Assembly: GCA_012519315.1 (NCBI GenBank)
Contig: JAAYQM010000082.1
Location: 14,488 to 78,487, forward strand
DNA: 64,000 bases
Direction: 5' to 3'
Source of the DNA: Clostridiales bacterium
Lineage (GTDB): Bacteria; Bacillota; Clostridia; Oscillospirales; CAG-272
The position numbers and the translations under genes are program-made. Below the pieces are notes generated by a model. It saw only the letters and a program-made list of their open reading frames with translations, made no database searches and had not been told where the DNA came from. Below, one piece after another: positions 59,030 through 64,000 of the stretch (its first letter is position 1; each line of letters starts with the position of its first letter).

Positions 59030-59560
59030 ATGAAAAAAACACTTTTGCTTCTTTCTCTCGTTCTTGTTATTGCAGTTTCAATTATTTCGGGCACTTTAGC
59101 TATGTATACAACCACTATTGACGAGCTGGCTGTCGGTAGTGTTGTTGCAAAAGAGTTTATCCTTCTTGAAGATGGAACTGACACCTTTGTATATAATGAA
59201 CCCATCGCTCCCTCCGAAACAAAGACATGGAGTTTCGCAGTTAAGAATAATAATGGCACAGTTACATCCGAAACAGGTATGGATCTTGCTTTTACTATTG
59301 AAGTTGGAGCTGCTAACGGCAAAGCCGTTATAGAGCCCCTGAGGATAACCGTAGTCGATGACGAAACCGGAATGACTGTAGGAACAGTAGAAGGCGCCGG
59401 CACAATGGCTTACGCAAATGAGTTTTCTGCAGGAGTAGCCGAATCCCGTTCTTACACAGTTGTTATTGAATGGCCCAGCAACGATGCGGTTGATATCGAC
59501 TATGCAGGCGCCGGTTTTGGTACAGCTGTAAAAGTATCAGTAACAGGTACTCAGAAATAA
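59030..59560 (+). CDS. secreted SipW-cognate-type protein, short paralog (candidate major fibre subunit)
   Basis: MKKTLLLLSLVLVIAVSIISGTLAMYTTTIDELAVGSVVAKEF. Shares GSVVAKEF, IAPxE..W.F.VKN, WPSN..DIDYAG.(R)FGT with the 57904 gene. AAGGAG SD present. Confidence 0.65.
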   Translation: MKKTLLLLSLVLVIAVSIISGTLAMYTTTIDELAVGSVVAKEFILLEDGTDTFVYNEPIAPSETKTWSFAVKNNNGTVTSETGMDLAFTIEVGAANGKAVIEPLRITVVDDETGMTVGTVEGAGTMAYANEFSAGVAESRSYTVVIEWPSNDAVDIDYAGAGFGTAVKVSVTGTQK

Positions 59561-59581
59561 TATAAATAACAATTTACAAAT

Positions 59582-59610
59582 AAAAGCTGTTTTTCTATAA
59601 AACAGCTTTT
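59582..59610 (+). terminator. intrinsic terminator after the second subunit gene
   Basis: AAAAGCTGTTTT-TCTAT-AAAACAGCTTTT followed by ATTTG. Confidence 0.75.
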
Positions 59611-59614
59611 ATTT

Positions 59615-59836
59615 GTACAAATTTATGGTATAATGATACCACGATAAAGTAACGCAATTCGCCGCTGGCGAATTGAGAAATTTGCCGCACTGTGCAACAC
59701 AAACCGGTATGGTACTGCAAATTTATGGTATAATAACCCTAAGATGTGAGATAACGCAATTCGCCGTTGGCGAATTTAGAAATTTGCCGCACTGTGTAGC
59801 GCAAATTGGTAAGCTACTGCAAATTTATGGTATAAT
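59615..59836 (+). repeat. two and a half ~100-bp tandem direct repeats, each starting with (C)TGCAAATTTATGGTATAAT (extended -10-like)
   Basis: The 20-mer occurs at 59615, 59715 and 59817. The intervening units share TAACGCAATTCGCCG(C/T)TGGCGAATT(G/T)AGAAATTTGCCGCACTGTG, which includes an AATTCGCC/GGCGAATT hairpin. Confidence 0.9.
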
Positions 59837-59901
59837 ATAATTATCATATTTTTATAACAACAGCTTGCAAATTGCAGAATATCTAAACGGAAGGGAAGTC
59901 T

Positions 59902-60435
59902 ATGGCGAATATTCAGTACACCACGGAAGAACAGATAGCTGAAATGCGCGAGGAAATTAGACTTGCCCGTGAAAAGGCTTCAAATAAAAGGCTGACCCAT
60001 TCGATCGGTTACAAGAAAGCAACGCGATGGATAAAAAGAATCGTTAGCATTATTCTGACTCTGGTTATCCTTTTTCTTGCCTTTGTTTTAATTGGCATTT
60101 TTATAGCAAAAGGGAAAGGAGAAACCCCCAGCATCTTCGGCTATCGCCTATACATTGTAGAAACGGGCAGCATGCTTCCCACATTCAATGTCGGGAGCAT
60201 TATTATATCGAAAACACCAAAGGACCCCGCCACCCTGTCGGAGGGAGATATTGTAACCTTTTCTGTGGGCTCGGGGAATATTGTTACCCATAGAATAATA
60301 GAGGTTGTATATGATGATACCGGCTTTATCGGATACCGAACAAAGGGGGATAATCCTATAAATTCTCCTGATGTCGATCTTTTGAAGCCTGATCAGATTA
60401 TCGCCGTTTATGTTTTGAAGGTGCCGTTTACCTAA
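59902..60435 (+). CDS. sipW: signal peptidase I, SipW (archaeal/ER) type
   Basis: TM followed by IVETGSMLPTF (Ser nucleophile), IVTHRIIEV (His) and YRTKGDNPINSPD. Confidence 0.85.
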   Translation: MANIQYTTEEQIAEMREEIRLAREKASNKRLTHSIGYKKATRWIKRIVSIILTLVILFLAFVLIGIFIAKGKGETPSIFGYRLYIVETGSMLPTFNVGSIIISKTPKDPATLSEGDIVTFSVGSGNIVTHRIIEVVYDDTGFIGYRTKGDNPINSPDVDLLKPDQIIAVYVLKVPFT

Positions 60436-60469
60436 ATGCCTATAGCTATTTTGAAAGGAGGGAAGATCT

Positions 60470-61474
60470 TTGCTAATAAATAATTCGTTTCAGCAAAAAG
60501 ATTTTACAAAGGTTGTTTCAATGCAAAATTTATCTTCAAACGAAATGATAATAGCAAATGAAGATCTTCCCCGCTCCGTTTTGCATAATATCAATCTTGA
60601 GATCATGAAGGGAGAGGTATGGGGTATCAGCGGGCGCTCAGTTTTGGAAACAAAGCTTTTGCTTGAAATTATGGCAAATATCAAGCCATATAAAAACGGA
60701 AAATGTGTTCTTCTCGAACGAGGAATGATGCGCCTGAAAAGGTTTATTCTCCCTCATGTGTTTTACATAGGGACAACAAGCATGATCTACAATAACATGA
60801 ATGTGCTTGAGTTTTTGATGTTCGCAACAGGACATAAAACCTTTGATGTGATACGACAGCAAGATCGGGTTTTTGAGCAGCTGATTTCCCTTGGGCTTGG
60901 CAATGTTTCATTAACGCCAATCAGCACTCTCACGCCCGAATATAAGGTGCTGATTCTGCTTCTTACCGCTTATTATTCGACAAGTCAGCTTATCGTGTTA
61001 AATATGCAGAACCTTGAGTTTTCTGATGAGCATATCATTCCTATACGCAATATATCCAATCTTATTCAAAATGAGGACAAGACTCTTGTCTTTTCAAGTT
61101 TTGACAGTGATATGATTGAATCGGTCTGCACGCATACAGCGGTACTGGTTGATGGAACTGTGGCATATTCGGGCGATATTCGCAACTTTTGCAAAACCTA
61201 TGATCGAGTAGTCTTAACCGTACGGTATCATAATCCGGAGGAACTTATGTCGGTGCTGCAAAATCAACTGCCTCAGTTTAATTATTCTGTTGGCGCCGGC
61301 AACAGTCTGATTATCAAGGACTACAAATCGGACAACCCCAATCTGCATCTTATTTATAAAAAAATTGCAGAAGCCGGTTTTACACCCGAGCGCATAATTA
61401 TTAATCGTAAGAATTATAAAAATGCCTGTGAGGAAGTAATCAGACGATATGATTTACAAAAGCAGCTACTTTAA
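60470..61474 (+). CDS. ABC-ATPase-fold protein with all catalytic motifs degenerate (pseudo-ATPase)
   Basis: LHNINLEIMKGEVWGISGRSVLETKLLLEIM occupies the Walker A position (no GK[ST]). LTPEYKVLILLLTAYY replaces the LSGGQ signature. QLIVLNMQN replaces Walker B (hhhhDE). VFSSFDSD replaces the H-loop SSH. GGAGGG SD and TTG start. Confidence 0.7.
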   Translation: MLINNSFQQKDFTKVVSMQNLSSNEMIIANEDLPRSVLHNINLEIMKGEVWGISGRSVLETKLLLEIMANIKPYKNGKCVLLERGMMRLKRFILPHVFYIGTTSMIYNNMNVLEFLMFATGHKTFDVIRQQDRVFEQLISLGLGNVSLTPISTLTPEYKVLILLLTAYYSTSQLIVLNMQNLEFSDEHIIPIRNISNLIQNEDKTLVFSSFDSDMIESVCTHTAVLVDGTVAYSGDIRNFCKTYDRVVLTVRYHNPEELMSVLQNQLPQFNYSVGAGNSLIIKDYKSDNPNLHLIYKKIAEAGFTPERIIINRKNYKNACEEVIRRYDLQKQLL

Positions 61475-62873
61475 AAAAGAATTGCGCCAAGCCTATATAG
61501 AAAACAAAATAAGCCTGCGAAAACAATTCTTTTTAGGTCTTTTTATGGGCCTCGTTGCCATTGCTGTGCATTTTATGCTGCAAACGATGATCAAAAGCGT
61601 TTTTGGCGAACGCATGCCTCATCTCATGCAGCAAAGCTATTTTACAACCCTATATACTTTTACCTTTATCTCGCTTTTTCTGTATCTTTTATATTTTATA
61701 TTTCTATATGATACCCTTTCCTTTACCGAGATCCGAAAAAATCGATGGTATTTGCTTGTAAAAATGGGCTACAACCCTATAAGCATGATTTTTGCAAAGC
61801 TGTCAGCCTTGTTCTACTCGATGATCATAATCTACACAACCGGGTTTGCCGTAACAATGCTGATGACCGCTTTTTTGAAATATAACTTTTTTTATCTTTA
61901 TATTCCTGCCCTTTATCTCGTGGGATTACTTGATTTTTTAGTGCTGGGTATCGTTATATTAACAGCATCACTTTTTTTCAAGCAGCGGAATATGTGTCGA
62001 TATTTCGCCCTTTTTGCATATGTAATAATTATTGCTTTACGATATGCTTCAGGATATCAGAAGATTGTATCGAATCGTGTTCTAATGCAGGATTTTTATG
62101 TGCTCTTCCGATTTGACCGGTGTATATATTTGCCTGTAATTGCGGCAATAGTATTCGCCTGTCTTGTCATTTGTTTTTTAAAAGCGGGGGATATTGCAAA
62201 ATATTACAGTGTTTCCTATGAGAACTATGCCGACTTCCTTCCCGAAAATGCGCAACTCGTGACACGGGATGACAATACCGGTCGAATTCGCTCATTGATC
62301 ACGCCTGATCTGTCGGCCCGCCGTAGCAAAATATTTGATATGGTTGCCACGGCATCTTTGGCGTTGGTAGTTTGTTTGGCTGTTGCCTTTAATATTTTTG
62401 TCATACTTATCTCTACCTCACAGCCCGGCAAAGAGGTCACCATTCGCGGAACAATTCCCTATATCTTTGTTTCGGAAACGATGCAGCCTACTATAATGGA
62501 AAACGATCTTGCTTATTTCAGACGAATTGATCCATATGAAAATGTTAATGTGGGCGATATTGTACTGTTTAAAGATGAAAACACTGTTTACATTGAGCGT
62601 GTTGTAACAATAGAGGATGATAAATATATTGTAGATATTGATTATTATCCGCCGGCGGCTCAAAAGGGCGCCATGATCAAAACCGTTGACCGTGAAGATA
62701 TATACGGCATCTATAAAGGGGCTAGCCGTTGGCTCGGCGCACTCATCCTGTTTGCCAATACAATATTTGGCAGATTTGTCTTTCTGTTTGTTCCCGTATT
62801 GATGTTGTTCTATTACAAACAGGCAAAAATGATATTCATAAGTCTATTGGAAGCTACCAGTGACGACGGTTAA
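61449..62873 (+). CDS. polytopic membrane protein: ABC-2-permease-like N-terminal half fused to a catalytically dead SipW-like signal-peptidase domain
   Basis: About 6 TM segments, a linker, one TM, then IPYIFVSETMQPTIMENDLAYF...VGDIVLFKDENTVYIERVVTI and a C-terminal TM. Compared with the neighbouring sipW, Ser->Thr (SETM vs TGSM), His->Glu (YIERV vs VTHRI), and no KGDN box. Overlaps the upstream gene by 26 nt. Confidence 0.7.
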   Translation: MIYKSSYFKKELRQAYIENKISLRKQFFLGLFMGLVAIAVHFMLQTMIKSVFGERMPHLMQQSYFTTLYTFTFISLFLYLLYFIFLYDTLSFTEIRKNRWYLLVKMGYNPISMIFAKLSALFYSMIIIYTTGFAVTMLMTAFLKYNFFYLYIPALYLVGLLDFLVLGIVILTASLFFKQRNMCRYFALFAYVIIIALRYASGYQKIVSNRVLMQDFYVLFRFDRCIYLPVIAAIVFACLVICFLKAGDIAKYYSVSYENYADFLPENAQLVTRDDNTGRIRSLITPDLSARRSKIFDMVATASLALVVCLAVAFNIFVILISTSQPGKEVTIRGTIPYIFVSETMQPTIMENDLAYFRRIDPYENVNVGDIVLFKDENTVYIERVVTIEDDKYIVDIDYYPPAAQKGAMIKTVDREDIYGIYKGASRWLGALILFANTIFGRFVFLFVPVLMLFYYKQAKMIFISLLEATSDDG

Positions 62874-62890
62874 TCAATCTCATATTGTAT

Positions 62891-62938
62891 ATGGCATATA
62901 AAGGCCAATAAATTGGCTTTTATGTGCCATAATTTTTG
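62891..62938 (+). terminator. intrinsic terminator ending the fibre locus
   Basis: ATGGCATATAAAGGCCAAT / ATTGGCTTTTATGTGCCAT hairpin followed by AATTTTTG. Confidence 0.75.
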
Positions 62939-63030
62939 CAGATTTGCATCAAATGAATTTTACTATTTTTCCTCTTTACTTTTGTGAGATTTTATGATAT
63001 AATTAGCAAGTGAATTGTTCATTTACCTTT

Positions 63031-63107
63031 CCGCTCTTAGCTCAGCTGGATAGAGTACCGGATTCCGATTCCGATGGTCACAGGTTCGAATCCTGTAGAG
63101 CGGGCCA
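63031..63107 (+). tRNA. tRNA-Arg (anticodon CCG)
   Basis: Hand-folded cloverleaf. Acceptor CCGCTCT/AGAGCGG, anticodon loop TT-CCG-AT, T-arm ACAGG-TTCGAAT-CCTGT, encoded CCA. There is one C-A mismatch at the top of the anticodon stem. Confidence 0.8.
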
Positions 63108-63210
63108 AAATCTTTTTTATAATCAAATGCCATACGACAGCTCTTTCTCCCGTTAGTATTTGTATTTTTGGCTGATGTTCAGAGATGTTTTTTTAATATG
63201 CCAAATGCTA

Positions 63211-63239
63211 TTGACAATTTTGCAATTTAGTGTTATACT
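63211..63239 (+). promoter_or_regulatory. sigma-A promoter for tRNA-Leu/tRNA-fMet
   Basis: TTGACA, 17-nt spacer, TATACT. Confidence 0.6.
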
Positions 63240-63275
63240 ATTATTGTCGTCATCAAAGATCTGAATGTATGTCGA

Positions 63276-63364
63276 GCCGGAATGGCGGAACTGGCAGACG
63301 CCCGGGACTTAAAATCCCGTGAGATTCACCTCTCGTACCGGTTCGAGCCCGGTTTCCGGCACCA
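63276..63364 (+). tRNA. tRNA-Leu (anticodon TAA), long variable arm
   Basis: Acceptor GCCGGAA/TTCCGGC, anticodon loop CT-TAA-AA, long variable arm, TTCGAGC T-loop, encoded CCA. Confidence 0.9.
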
Positions 63365-63385
63365 TTTATTAATTTTATCGAATAC

Positions 63386-63462
<77 letters not shown>

Positions 63463-63465
63463 TAG

Positions 63466-63506
63466 AAAAAGCCCTGTAAACAGACGTTTACAGGGCTTTT
63501 TCTTTT
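63466..63506 (+). terminator. intrinsic terminator after the tRNA cluster
   Basis: AAAAAGCCCTGTAAAC-AGAC-GTTTACAGGGCTTTTT followed by CTTTT. Confidence 0.85.
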
Positions 63507-64000
63507 ATGCTTTTTATCCCTACAAAACTATATTTTTCTCTTGTTTTCCCACCCCCATTGTATTATTGTTGTTATTTTAAAGACAGGGCAAAAATGGGAA
63601 ACTAGTTAGCCTTCTCTTGTGCGTCGGATAAGGAACGCTTTGAAGAGTGTTTTTTTCGGACAAACCAAAGGTTGAGCATTACGGTGATTTGACAAGCACG
63701 TTCGGAGCATTATGAGCGAGGCAATGGGCGAAGTAGATGCGCAAATTAGCGATACCGTACAGGCTTAAAATAACGCACATAAAGGCATTGAAACCGAGGG
63801 GGATATTTGAAAATGCAGATTATTTAAACAACAAAGATGACAAATGTAAGAATACACAGGCTCATAAAGACGTTAGAGAGTGACATTATTATCACAAAAC
63901 AGTCCAAATTGATGGGAAAGCTTTTGATATTATAACAAACGTAAAGACAAAGGGGACGAAATATGTTTATAGTATTCAATTGAATGAAAACAAAAAATAA

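Noticed and set aside
59002-59403. 133-aa minus-strand ORF opposite the second subunit gene
   Set aside because: It is antisense to a gene that has a strong SD, a signal peptide and a paralog. No start context.
59615-59836. The tandem ~100-bp repeats, considered as a CRISPR array
   Set aside because: The units are ~100 bp, contiguous and mutually homologous over their whole length. They are not short repeats separated by unique spacers, and no cas genes are nearby.

Overview
The window looks like core chromosome of a spore-forming Clostridia member. An Oscillospiraceae/Ruminococcaceae-like origin is a guess from gene content, the THF and c-di-GMP riboswitches and the Csp/SleC germination genes. 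No rRNA, CRISPR array, transposase or integrase was seen.

Layout, left to right:
- aspS behind a T-box leader, then a 1083-aa surface protein and an acyl-ACP thioesterase.
- A frameshifted class II fba, and a lone mazF with no antitoxin gene.
- pyrG, then carA and a carB fused in frame to a DapF-like domain that lacks one catalytic Cys.
- An ANTAR regulator transcribed divergently from type III glnA, whose leader has ANTAR-type hairpins and a terminator.
- metA, an M23 peptidase, cysE-cysS, and a THF riboswitch with folT.
- The conserved blocks yybS-gdpP-rplI-dnaB and tilS-hpt-ftsH.
- A germination locus: a small ORF, three tandem Csp subtilisins and a divergent sleC.
- A DeoR-headed 8-gene operon containing a 2-oxoacid/acetoin dehydrogenase-like complex, then Crp/Fnr with a ferredoxin-like gene.
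- A c-di-GMP-riboswitch-led SipW/TasA-like fibre locus, then tRNA-Arg, tRNA-Leu and initiator tRNA-Met.

Best candidate for an undescribed system: 57.4-62.9 kb. It contains tandem c-di-GMP-I riboswitches and two SipW-cognate-type subunits, one with a DTPGGG-repeat linker and a CBM2-like domain. It also has ~100-bp promoter-like direct repeats, an intact SipW-type signal peptidase, an ABC-fold pseudo-ATPase, and a permease fused to a catalytically dead SipW-like domain.

Second candidate: the CarB-DapF(Cys->Ala) fusion.

All calls come from reading the sequence and the ORF track. No database search was run.
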